64,000 bases of DNA from Octopus vulgaris (Eukaryota), in assembly GCA_951406725.2 (NCBI GenBank), contig OX597817.1, forward strand, positions 41,850,001 through 41,914,000. The letters run 5' to 3'. Below the pieces are notes generated by a model. The model saw only the letters and a program-made list of their open reading frames with translations. It did not search any database and had not been told where the DNA came from. The position numbers and the translations under genes were made by a program. How positions within the stretch are numbered: the first letter of the stretch is position 1; each line of letters opens with the position of its first letter. This document shows, in pieces, positions 52,279-64,000 of this stretch.

Positions 52279-52387
52279 CTTTATACATATATACAGACAC
52301 ATACACACACATATATCTATTTATATAGCAACACACGTAGATATATATGCATGTATCTATAAATATATGTATTATACTTACATATAT

Positions 52388-52431
<44 letters not shown>

Positions 52432-52599
52432 CTATCCATCAATCTGTACACTCTCACACACAACACATACACACGCATATATATGTGTATGTGTGTGTAT
52501 ATATATATATATATATGTTGCATGTGTATATATGTGTGCATATATTTGTGCATATGCATATAGATAAATATATATATATATATATACATGCACGCACAA

Positions 52600-52641
<42 letters not shown>

Positions 52642-53107
52642 GCATATACATACATATATATATATGTATGTATATGTATATATATGTGTGTGTGTGTATA
52701 TATGTATGTATATAGGAATATATAAATACCGATTTCCTCTCTCTCATGGACATATACATACATATATATATATACACTGAAAAAAAAAAAGATTTAGCAT
52801 AAAGTAACCTCAATGGTTTGAAGTTTGTAATGATCCAGTGGGTTTTCATTTAACATGGTTATTTATTGCAAGTTAATGCACAGAGCAGATGTAAGTGCAT
52901 AAAGTTAAAATTAATAGATGCGTGAATATTTAGAGTTGTCAATTTTGAGCTATAAGGAAAAATTCTGAACTTTAGTACTTGTCATTTACATATTTAAACA
53001 GACAGCATAAGAGGCAAGTTTCCGAGAGAAGCTAATTTTAAAATGGCAGGAAGATACGTTTATGCACCTGTACACATATATGTATATCTATCTATCTATC
53101 TATCTAC

Positions 53108-53173
<66 letters not shown>

Positions 53174-53245
53174 CTCTATCTATCTATCTATCTGTCTGTC
53201 TGTCTATCCATCCAACCATCCATCCATCCATCCATCCATCCATCC

Positions 53246-53310
<65 letters not shown>

Positions 53311-53494
53311 GCTAGCTATCTGTCTCTCTATCTTTCTGTCTGTCTGTCTCTCTTATCTATCTATCTGTCTATCTATCTGTCTATCTATCTGTCTATCTAT
53401 GTATCTGTATGTTTATCTACCTGCCTTCCTGTCTGCCTGCCTGTCTGCCTGCCTGTCTGCCTGCCTGTCTGTCTGTCTGTCTGTCTGTTGTCTG

Positions 53495-53555
<61 letters not shown>
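52045..53555. repeat. Low-complexity (TA/CA/TG)n and (TATC/CATC/TGTC)n arrays
   Basis: Seen directly; unique spacer at ~52780-53080. Confidence 0.9.
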
Positions 53556-53567
53556 TTGTGTTTGAGA

Positions 53568-53821
53568 GAAGGTGCATGGATTAGTGGTTAGGGTGTTCGA
53601 CTCATGACTTTAAAGCTGTGAGTTCAATTCCCAGCAGCTCATTGTGTCCCTAAGTAAGACACTTTATTTCCCTTTGCTCCAGTCCACTCAGATGGCAAAA
53701 ATGAATTGTACCTGTAATTCAAAGGGTCAGCCTTTTTCACATTCTCTCTTACACTTAACCAGCCAGAGAACTACGTCAAGGTCATATGTATTTGAGGAGT
53801 GCTCAGCCATTTACATGGTAA
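53568..53821 (+). mobile_element. tRNA-SINE, head C + tail C, 3' truncated by an RTE insertion
   Basis: Similar to 10328-10620. Confidence 0.75.
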
Positions 53822-54476
53822 TGAGCATGACCTTCGAACATTGGGCCTTACCAAGGCAATGACTAGTGACCGAGAACTTTGGAGATATGTTGTGCTTGAG
53901 AAGACCCAACAAGCCAAGTGAGACCATAACCCGTGGCCTATGCCAGTGGGTGTAACCAGTCCACTTAAGAGTACCCCTCATTTACTGGACAATAAACTTT
54001 GCTTGCGAAGACCTGTTGAGGCAAGTGAAATCAAAATCAAAATCACTTACGTAGCCAATGACAGTACTGCCTGATTGGCACTCGTGCAAGTGGAGCATTA
54101 ATAGCACCATCCGAGTGTGATCGTTGCCCGGGCCACAGACTGGCTCCCATGCTGGTGGCACAAAAAAAGCATCATTCGAGCATGATCGTTGCCAGCATTG
54201 CCTTACTGGCACATGTGCTGGTGGCACATGAAAAACAACATTCGAGTGTGGTTGTTGCCAGAACCGCCTGACTGGTCCTCATGCCGGTGGCATGTAAGAG
54301 CGCCCACTACACTCTTGGAGTGGTTGGCTTTATGAAGGGCTTCCAGCTGTAGAAACTTTGGCAGATCAGATTGGAGCCTTCTGGCTCAGCAATCATCAGT
54401 CACACTGCCCAACCCATGCCAGCATGGAAAGTGGACATTAAATGACAATGATGATGATGATGATGATGATGATGAT
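53822..54476 (+). mobile_element. RTE-clade LINE: ORF2 C-terminus, subrepeat-rich 3' UTR and (GAT)n tail
   Basis: HDLRTLGLTKAMTSDRELWRYVVLEKTQQAK*, then a UTR matching the GAT-tailed fragments elsewhere in the window. Confidence 0.85.
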
Positions 54477-54547
54477 ATATATATATGCTTATATATAGAT
54501 GTATGTGTGTGTATGTATATGTATGTGTGTATATACACACACATATA

Positions 54548-55342
54548 TCTCTCTATATATAAACGGCAGTTTGTCTGTATGTGTGTCTGTGTGTCTGTGA
54601 GGTTGTACCCTCACCCTGACCACGGCTTTCAACCAATTCTGATGAAACTTGACACACACATAGCCCAATATCATAATTCAAAACTAACGCAGCGAAAATT
54701 TTGAAAAGTTCCCCCAGTTCTGAAAAAATCGATAAATTCGACATGGGGTCGAGAATCTAAGCTTTTTATATGCAACACATTTTCTGTTGTAGTTTTCGCA
54801 ACTTGCAATCGATTTTCACCAAACTCATGGTGAAGCTTAATGTTACCCTAAGAAACTTAATTCTGATGTTAGTTTTCCATGCAATACCTTAACATCAGAA
54901 AAAATCGATAAAATCATGCCATTTTGGGAAATCGCGTTCAAATTCAAGATGACATCTTTTCGACAATATCTTTCACAAATTGGCAGGAATTTTTTTAAAT
55001 TCACAGCGAGCATCATGTCTGCTCCAAGGAGCTATATGGCCCTTTTTATTCCAATAGGATACTTTATTACTAGAAAAAATCGGTTAATTAAATCATATGT
55101 GGCACACATAGCAAACCGATTTGTGTATTAAACACAAACTGTCTAGGGGACACAACTCGACCTTTTTATCGCCCAAAGGGACAGCTAGGAACATTCGTAT
55201 ACACAGAAGTATTCGAGTGAAGAGAAGACATTGCAACCTACACATGCACCTTCGTTCCCTAGAGGGAAAGGACTAGATTGGGATTAGTCGTTGCCTACTA
55301 GGGTCCCTTACATACCCGGGCAACGCCGGGCTATGCTGCTAG
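54548..55342 (+). mobile_element. Non-autonomous Helitron
   Basis: A|TCTCTCTATATATAAA start; hairpin CCCGGGCAACGCCGGG then CTAG|T; inserted in a TA-rich tract. Confidence 0.9.
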
Positions 55343-55364
55343 TATATATATATATATGTATGTA

Positions 55365-55406
<42 letters not shown>

Positions 55407-56049
55407 CACATGTATGTATATATATGTATGTTCATATATGTGTGTATACATTTATATATATATATATATTTTGTTTGTAATAATTCAGTAAATTTGAATG
55501 TGTAAGGCAGATGTATGGTCATAAAATAAAATTGATAAATGGATAAAGTGTTGATCAAAGTTTATGAAATTACCTCACCAAAGGATATCATAATTTAGCA
55601 TTTGAAATTACTCTCAGGGTTTTAATTGCATGGAAATTCAGTGCATATGCAAAAGGAGAACTGGATTATAGAATGATATCATTTGCACTGGAACTAGCAT
55701 TGAAAGAAGGGATGATAATGCACAGAATGAAGAGTGTAAGTGGCATTACATCAGCGACAGGAAGGTCCCTATGTGAACACTATATGATAGTATGATGCAA
55801 CTGAAAGCATTTTATGCAAGGGACAGGAGTTGGGATGAACCCCAAAAGTGGGCAGAGTTATCTAGAAATTTTTATACTATACACAATTCAATATCTTACT
55901 GAATTATTTTCACCAAAATTTTCTAGGAAGAAGGTTCCCCTCCACAATGAATCAGATTCTATAGAAATCATAGAAAATGATTTATGGCAGCTGGAAAGGG
56001 TTAATGAGCAGAGGTGTTGAAGAATGTATTTTGTTAACTTTTTTTATAT

Positions 56050-56375
56050 GTCTTGCAAGTACTTGGTGACCCTGTCAATGCAAGTGCCACTTAAAAGCAC
56101 CCAGTCCACACTGTAAAGTGGTTAGTGTTTGGAAGGGCATCCAGCTGTAAAAACCTTACCAAAACTGACTTCACCTGTGCTTGTGCTACATAAAAAGCAC
56201 TAAGTCCACTCTACTGGGTGGTTGGTGTTAGGAAGGGCACCCAACTGTAAAAATCCTGCCAAATCAGCCACAAAAGTCTGGTGCAGGCTTTGGCTTGGCT
56301 GGTTCTTAAGGTACCATCCCACCCATACTAGCATGGAAGACAGACATTAAGCAATGATGATGATGATGATGATGT
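56050..56375 (+). mobile_element. RTE-type 3' UTR fragment with a duplicated GAAGGGCA.CCA.CTGTA block
   Basis: Similar to 54290-54476; (GAT)n tail. Confidence 0.7.
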
Positions 56376-56890
56376 TTCTATCACTTTTGAGAGTGATAAG
56401 TTGATAGTTGACAGGATCTGAAAGGTTTCCTGTTTTGAGGATGGCACATGCTGTATGTAAACAGTTTCCAATGATCAGGACATATTCTAGTAGAGAGAGT
56501 GAGTGAAAAATTAAAGAGATCTCATATCTGCCCTCAGATGTGAGGTCTCAGACACGCTATTTAAAAGTGACACAAGGGATATTGTTTGGGCTGATGACCT
56601 TATTGGTTTTGAGTAACCAGATGTACTTTCATGCTTAGAGTTATGCATATGTGGCAATCAGACTGATGGAATGGAGAAGAAAAAACTCCTGGTGGAGTTT
56701 CACTGAGTTGGTGCAATATAAAGAAGGACATAAATGAAACAACAGATATGAATGGAGATGTACTTGCATAGCAAGTGACCTGATCTGAGATTGTGTGCTG
56801 GAACGAATACAATTGTAGCATAGAAGGTGTTTATAAGCCATTTAAGAAACACACAAAAACTGTTAAATTCACTTCAACATTTAAATTTAA

Positions 56891-56941
56891 TTTATCAAAA
56901 TATTTTCGTTGCTTTGAGACCACGACCTGTTCACTGACAAA
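56891..56941 (-). ncRNA. Candidate minimal hammerhead with a swapped G3-C8 core
   Basis: UUUGUCA-GUGAACA-G-GUCGU(loop)GCAAC-GAA-AAUAUU-U-UGAUAAA; lies in the IR 56900-56945 / 56960-57005. Confidence 0.55.
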
Positions 56942-57009
56942 ATTCCATGATGCAGCACAGAATTTTGTCAGTGAACAGGCTGCGGTCTCAAAGCGATGAA
57001 AATATGAAT

Positions 57010-58160
57010 GCTTTCACTTTATAGATATTGTGTATCAAGCAATCAAGCTTAAGGGGTGACCAGATGGAAGATTGTGTAAGGGGCTAACTAACAACTGATA
57101 GCAATTTAGGAGGCGAGAGAGCTTGTAAGATGTATGATGTATGAAGGCATCTTCTACTTTGTAGATGGTGGTCTTGCAGTAACTGTGAAAGCCATCCAAT
57201 AGATTGCTAGTGATAGATGGCCCTTTTCTGGAGTTGTAGATTAGTGTTGGTCACCTTTACTGCTGCAGCATAGTGATGTGTGAATAATTTAGGTAATTTG
57301 GAATTACCAACCTTGGTTGTAGAAAGATATGTCTTACAGGATGGTTTCATTTGACCTAAATCACTGTTTTGGATAGATCAGAGATGAAGCACATTTACAG
57401 CCAGAGATAGTGTCATAGAATCTAGATAGTAGGGGGTGTTGTGTAGTAGGTAGATGTGTAGGTAGGCAGTACTTGAATTAACTGATATTTGTAGAAATGG
57501 TGGTGGCTTGGTATTTAGTAGAGGCTTAGTTTGTATATGAGGAAGAGATCAAGGGTGTTTGTAATGTCTGTGTGTTGGTCAGGGATGTATTAGGCTTGGT
57601 GATATAATTGTTGCAGAAGGGTTCAAAACTGCAAAAGATTAGGCCTCAGCACCCACAACAGCAATGTGTGTGGTGTGTATGGATGGGAGAGGAGTGTGAG
57701 TTCTAAGAAGAGTTGTGAATGTTGAAGGCTCAGAGGACAATGACTTCAGAGAGGGATAATGTAAATTAGGTATCCTTAATGCAGGACAATACATGGTCAA
57801 GGAGTTGTTGGTTATTGGAGGAGTTTAGAGAAAGGTAGATGCAGTAAATGTATGTAGAAGGGTAGAAGAGGGAGACTTTGAGCCAATAAGATTGGAAATT
57901 ATAGTTGCTGATATCTAGGTGAGAGAAGTAAATGAAGGGGAGAGTGGAATCAGAACATGTACAGGTATTACCTTTTAGTGAGAAGATTGAGTATTGAGTG
58001 TAGTCTGGATTGCAGGGATTTTGTGTCTTGGAGCAGAACAGGATGTGTAGTTTGTATGTTAATAGGTGATGGTAGGTTTCAGACTTGATCAGAGTCCAAG
58101 AATTTTCAAAAGAAAATAATCTGGAGGATTATGTATAATTGTATTTCTTATATATTTCTT
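57010..58160 (-). pseudogene. Possible very decayed Penelope-like RT/GIY-YIG region
   Basis: Only weak motif traces (HLDIS..., Cys pairs); adjacent to the PLE-type inverted repeat. Confidence 0.3.
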
Positions 58161-58734
58161 CAAAATGGTTTTGACTTGATTTAGTGTGTGTATGGTGGTG
58201 GTAGTGGGGTTAGAAGATTTAATGAGTTGTTACACTGATTTGTATCTCTGCAAATAGTCTAGTGATCATGGATGGGAATTCTGAAATCTTAAACTTGCCA
58301 GACCCCCAGTCACAATCAAGGATGGAAGAGATATAGTGCTATGTGCCTCTTCATAGGGCAGTCTCTTGAAGTGTCACCCATGAGGCTGGTCCCTTGCAGT
58401 ATCTGACTAGGAGCTTCTAGTGGAAAACCTTTCTCTGTGTACCCTTAATCAAATGATTGTACCCTGCATAGGAAACAGCAATGGAGTCAGTATGTCAAAA
58501 GATCATGATACCATATTTTCATGCTGGGAGCCTTGTCTGAAGTGTTTGGAACAAAGTCAACTCCATTAAAAGCAGCCATGAGTCAGGAAGTGGTTTTAAA
58601 TTAAGCTGTTTTGGGGGCTACAATAAGTAATAGCAGTTCAGATAGAACAGGGCTGCTAAATCAACTGCCTTCACTATGGATGAAGAGGTCAAGGATAAAC
58701 TTATTGAATATAACTTATTTATGTCTTCCATCAC

Positions 58735-58965
58735 AAGGTACAGTCCTTGTTACAGTATAGTGGCTTGTCTACTTCTGTGATCCCGGGAGCTATCCCAACA
58801 GAATGCAAGCTCCTGGTTGGGCTTTGCTCATTGGACAGGCCAAAGGATACAAACCAGACTAATATGGCCCATGGTTTCCTAGAGGTAAAAATGGGTTTGT
58901 GTAGGGTCAAAATACCTACCTAGAAAAGAAAACAAAGTTACAGAAGCATTAATGACAATTCGAAA
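58735..58965 (+). mobile_element. RTE-clade 5' UTR-like segment
   Basis: TGATCCCGGGAGCTAT...GCTCCTGG...GGACAGGCCAAAGG...CCAGACTAA resembles RTE/Expander-type 5' ends. Confidence 0.5.
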
Positions 58966-60329
58966 TCAACAAAACTTAGGAGAAGTAAAGAGACCAGTGT
59001 TGAGAACGTTGACAAGAACAGTTACCAATAGTCTGTTCTCCAGAGAAAGTGCAAGGTTTAAGTAAAGTAAGTATTTATGCGCCACAGAACCTCCTAAATC
59101 TAGACACCTATAGCTGGTCACCACTTTTTATAGCTGCGTTTTGTTACCATTTGTGTAACGCTAGTTTTATATGTTTCCTATTTGGAAATAGATAATAAAT
59201 ATATTTTACTTTCGAAGTAGGAATATATATTGATAAACACGTCACTTATAACTTACTTATAAGTGTTATCATTATATTTAAATCTTGACTCCAGCTATAT
59301 AAATGCCATAGCAAGAAATATATACTCTGAAACACTAACAGACATTTTATGTATGCATGTATGTTGAAGCTAAATAAATTTGTGTTCTTTTAACTGCTAT
59401 AAAAAAATACAGTTTTATAATTGTAGAAATAAATTTCATTAACAATTTGAAGAACGTGAAGAAAGAGAAAATTATTGCTACAGTATTTTATTTACATACA
59501 TTTAGCATTTATAGTACAATTGGAAAGTAAAGTCATTTTGTTGTAGAGAATTACAACTTGAAATTCACACTAGCTAATCTTTCATACTAACTACTAGAGT
59601 TCACAACAATGCAAATAAGTCTTGTTGGATTCTTATCATAGACATGGCATAAAAAATAGCCAATATCTCAATGAGTAAGTGTCATGGAGTTTAGTAACAA
59701 TTGTATGAACACTGTTGTGAGTGTCATGGAGTTTAGTAACACCCATTGAACACTGAGTAATTTCCTGAAAATCAGGGTTTTTTATAACTGCTCATATCCA
59801 AATTCTAAGAACTGTATTTCATGAAACATTTCTTTGATGAAAGTTTAGAATCTGTACATTGGCAGTAATTTTAACCAATGGGATACCAACAATTATGCTT
59901 GTTCAGGCAAATGACCATTACGTCATATTGCCACCTATAATATCTAAGTGTTATCTAAGCCTAATTAGATTACCTATGAGTAAAAACCAACCAATACAAA
60001 TATAAGTCATGTCCGAAAACTATGAACCCACAAACACTTTCTATTTTATGAAAATAATGAGACTAAGATATAAGAAATTCACAATCAAGCATAAAAAATG
60101 TGTATTCCCATCATCAGCTGCCAAATGAGTATCACTATGGTTTCAACACCTGGACAAGACAGTACCATTCAGTTTGGCAATGTCAATGGAGTTAAAAATA
60201 TAAACATTGCAGGAGAATCTACTAGCTTATTACTACTAGTAAGAACACCAAAGCAAACAAATTATATCAGCTTATAATTACAAAACAGTATAAAACAAAA
60301 AAACTTATTCCAAAACGACCAAACCCAAT

Positions 60330-61010
60330 GTTCAGTATACTTGATATGCACGAACCCTGCACATTGTAATTACTGTAGAAAATCTCTTTTTATTGAAATT
60401 AGATATAGGTTCTTAAACAAAATTGTATGTCCTCTACAAACATTTGAGTTTGAGCATGGTTTTAGGACATGTAGAGGTTCAAATAATATAATATTCATAG
60501 CAAGGTAATTGATGGAGGAAACGTTCTGAACACAGCTTCTGTTTGTGGTAGATATTGATTTTTTGAAAGCCTCTGATATTACCAAAGAGAAGTATTATGG
60601 AGAATTCTAAGGAAACATAGATACCCCTCATCCCATAGGGGAACTAATTTGTAAACTAATTTAGACTGCTACACCGAAATATGAAAGATCAATTCATTTT
60701 CAGATTGTTGTTTTCATTCTTTTTGTAGCTAAGGAGATATACTTAATCAATACTGTAGTTATGCTTTCTCATGATTTTTGAGAATCTTATGTGGGTGTCC
60801 CATAAATATTTATTGTTTAACTTAAAGGAACAGTGCTATAGGATTTCCGCTAGCATTTGAGATCCAATACATGCTATTAACTACATTATGTTGACATAAT
60901 CAAGGACTAGTGAACAAGAGTGCATGATCTCTCTCCTAGAACATATTCTCCTACATTCAGTTTGGCAGATAGCATAGGTGTAATAAAGGTAAGGTCACAA
61001 CTCCTCCATA
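60330..61010 (+). pseudogene. Decayed RTE-clade reverse transcriptase
   Basis: EHGFRTCRGSNNIIFIAR*LMEE...DIDFLKASD...REVLWRILRK, similar to QCGFR.GR...IF..RQL.EK...D..KAFD. Confidence 0.7.
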
Positions 61011-61508
61011 ATGGATCTCACCATTCATAATTCTAGGCAATAAGCTAAATTTTATAGATTAATTCATAAATGTTGACTCTAATGCAGAAAACATTTGTAG
61101 CTTTTGGTCACCTGAAAACATAGAAATAAATAAAAATTTGTTATGAGGATAATAATGATGTAACACCCCTCCCATATGACGAGTGGGATGTGACAGTTGT
61201 TACAAATACTGTGATGTAGGAAGTCAAGTGGTTGAGAGTCGGTGAAGTTGGTCATAGATAGTTGTCTTTACTTGTCTAACAAACTAAACTGCTATACCGG
61301 AGTGGAAGTTATAATAGTCTGACATTGGATGAAGAATTAACATACTCACAAGAAATTAACAAACTTATGAGGATTAAACAAACTCACAAAAGTTTTTGTG
61401 CAAATGTTATGGTTTACAAAATCATAAAATTATGGAAGAATTGTTGGCTGGTTTGCTCGAGTTGCAAAAACAGCACCAACAACTGCAGGAACAACAACAG
61501 CAACAACA

Positions 61509-61810
61509 GTGGAGGTGCAATGGCCCAGTGGTTAGGGCAGCAGACTCGCAGTCGGAGGATCGCGGTTTCGATTCCCAGACTGGGCGTTGTGTGTGTTTAT
61601 TGAGTGAAAACACCTAAAGCTCCACGAGGCTCTGGCAAGGGGTAGTGGTGACCCCTGTGGTACTCTTTCGCTCCAACTTTCTCTCACTCTTTCTTCCTGT
61701 TTCTTGTCCCTGACTTCCTACGTAACCGCTGAGTCTTCGATGCTCTTGGTGTTGGGGGTTGACCTGCTTTCTCTTCTGTGGGTCTTACGAATAGCAAAGA
61801 CCACTTCACC
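61509..61810 (+). mobile_element. tRNA-SINE (head D, third tail type) inserted in the CAA/CAG run of gag
   Basis: A-box TGGCCCAGTGG and B-box GTTTCGATTCC; CAACAGCAACA on both flanks. Confidence 0.85.
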
Positions 61811-62534
61811 CAACAGCAACAGCAACAACTGCAAGCACCAACAACAATTACTATTACAACAACAAATACTGCAATTAATGAATAGTAAGTCATCCAAAAA
61901 TGCTGAAAAGATGTTCTCAACTGATTATACTGCAAAGTCAATAACGGAGTTTAAGTATGAACTAGACGAAGGAGTTAATTTTGAGGTGTATTATTGAAGA
62001 TATGAACAGATCTTCGACAAAGAGTGCAAAGATTGAGACAATGATATGAAAATGCATCTAACTCTAAGAAAACTGGCAGCAGGAGAACATGAACATTACA
62101 GCAATTATGTTTTCCTGGAGAAACCTTGTGACATAAACTTTAGAAATACAGTAGACCTATTGTGTAAAATTTTTAGTGAGAAAAGCTTGTTGTTCAATAC
62201 ACACTGGAAATGTTTGAATGTTGGAAGAATAATGAGGAAGATTACTGCACATATGCTGATAGAGTTAACAGAGAATGTGAAAAGTTCAACTGGATGAGTT
62301 AACACCAGCCATATTCAAGTGCCTGATATTTATTCAGGGACAAACTGCAGAAGAAGATGCAGAAGTAAGAACAAGAATTCTTGCTAAACTGGAACAAAAC
62401 CAAGCTGTTACACCAAAATTCCAAGTTCAATTCCAAGCAGTGACCTGAACAATAATAATAATAATAATAATAATAATTATAATAACATTGAAAAATATCT
62501 TAGGAATGAGAACCCAGGTTTGAAATTTCTCCAA

Positions 62535-62580
62535 GACTTCTGATGAAGGCTGGAGGGTATATCAGCCGAAATGTTGTGTT
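62535..62580 (+). ncRNA. Minimal hammerhead-like motif in a PLE-type fragment (~62485-62930)
   Basis: CTGATGA-A-GGCTG(loop)CAGCC-GAAA-TGTT-GTGTT; stem I is degenerate. Confidence 0.6.
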
Positions 62581-62594
62581 AACAACAAACAAGA

Positions 62595-62882
62595 TCATCA
62601 TCATCATCATCATGGTTTAACATCTGTTTTCCATGCTAGCATGGGTTGGACGGTTCAACCAGGGACTGTGAAGTCAGGAGGCTGCACCAGGAGTCTGATC
62701 TAGCAGTGTTTCTACAACTGGATGCCCTTCCTAATGTCAACCATTCCATGAGTGTAGTGGGTGCTTTTTATGTACTACCGGTACAGGGGCCGGAGGAGGC
62801 TGGCAACGGCCATGATCGGTTGGTGCTTTTTACGTGCCACCGGCACAGAAGCCAGTGCAGGCAGTGCTGGCATCGGCCACGT
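62595..62882 (-). mobile_element. RTE 3' end
   Basis: Reverse complement of the GAT-tailed RTE UTR. Confidence 0.85.
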
Positions 62883-63685
62883 CAAATGTAAATAATGTAC
62901 ATAATTCCTCATCTCATAAATATAGAACTGTGTCAGAAGAGTGTGAAAGAATAGTAAATTTAAGGCTTGACACAGAGAAAATTGAACCCAAAGTTTGCTC
63001 CCCACAACCACCTCCACCACCACTGTCACTGCCACCCCCTCCCACCACCACCACCACCACCACCACCACTACCGCTACCACCACCACCACTACCACTACC
63101 ACCACAACCTTCACCGCCATCACCAACACCACCAGCATATTCATCAGATTTATCATAAGCATCTAAAATTCATCGAGAGATAATCTGGAGAAAGTCAGTT
63201 ACTAGCTGTTGCAGAGTTAGAAACGGCAAGCTTAGAGAACATTGAGATTAAAATTTAGTGGAATTTAATGCAATGGTTTTGCTCAATCTGTCAAAATGGA
63301 ACAATCTTGATATTCAAGACAGGTTTTTGTACAGAGAAGTTCTTCATAGCCTGCAGCTTTCCCAAAAGCAAAAGAGTAAAAAGAAGTGATGCAGACGTTG
63401 TTAATCAATGAAAACCTGAAATATATGAAATTCTAACTAAAAAAATTGGCAAATAAATAAAGGAAGATCTATAAGAATTACAACGTCTTTGAAACCAATA
63501 GCTTGAAATGTGCCAAAGTGAAGATAGTTCTTCATAAAACGATGTCTTATATAATCGATATATTGTGACTATATATTTTAATATACAGTCAATTTATTGT
63601 CAATATTATAAAGTTGATATTTTAGCATATAGTCAACATATAGTCAGTATTATTATATCGATATTTTATTATACTGATACTTTGT

Positions 63686-63686
<1 letters not shown>

Positions 63687-63735
<49 letters not shown>

Positions 63736-63945
63736 CATCGTCATCTTCATCTTCATCATCATCATTTAACGTCTGTTTTCCATGCTGGCATGGGTTGGAT
63801 GATTCAACAGAGACTGACCAGCTAAAGAGCTGTTCAGGCTCCATGTCTGTTTTGGTTTGGTTTCTACAGCTGGATGCCCTTCCTAACACCAACCACTTTA
63901 CAGAGTATACTGAGTGCTTTTATGCAGCACCAGTACTGGTGCTAT
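63687..63945 (-). mobile_element. RTE 3' end with a long (GAT)n tail
   Basis: Reverse complement of the GAT-tailed RTE UTR. Confidence 0.8.
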
Positions 63946-64000
63946 AGATGATATATGGTTAGTATTTATGATCAATATATATAGTCAATATAAAATTAGT

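Larger units (their letters stand above)
61139..63545 (+). mobile_element. Decayed Gypsy-type LTR retrotransposon 5' part (LTR, gag, pol trace) with nested insertions
   Basis: TG...ACA LTR candidate at 61139-61324 followed by a TTGG PBS-like site; gag-like SITEFKYELDEGVNFEVYY...LRKLAAGEHEHYSNY...IFSEKSLLFN and SEECERIVNLRLDTEKIE; NVFETNSLKCAKVK. Confidence 0.8.

Noticed and set aside
55860-56003. piggyBac-like end (...AAAGGGTTAA)
   Set aside because: No matching opposite TIR with TTAA was found
62834-63183. Poly-Pro/Thr/His ORFs resembling mucin-like or His-rich proteins
   Set aside because: They come from a (CAC)n expansion inside the decayed Gypsy element

Overview
This is AT-rich eukaryotic DNA, dense in repeats and microsatellites. 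The repeat families look like those of an octopod cephalopod, which is pattern recognition and was not verified. I found no intact host protein-coding gene, so the window reads as intronic or intergenic, and the long ORFs in the track are translations of microsatellites. Retroelements: tRNA-derived SINE families (CORE-like, Meta-domain-like, and modular head/tail chimeras); decayed LINE fragments (RTE, R4/Dong, CR1-group, L1/Tx1); Penelope-like RT remnants; and a decayed Gypsy LTR element. DNA elements: a full-length 1287-bp mariner nested in a hAT element, several MITEs, and two complete non-autonomous Helitrons. The most notable signals are (i) several unrelated short inverted-repeat elements carrying minimal type-I hammerhead ribozyme motifs, including an intact-looking one at 4378-4461 and a G3-C8 core-swapped variant at 56891-56941, and (ii) a U6 snRNA 3' fragment fused at its oligo-U end to the SINE/LINE 3' tail (50203-50301), a candidate U6-headed retroelement. 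All alignments and folds were done by eye, and many boundaries are approximate.
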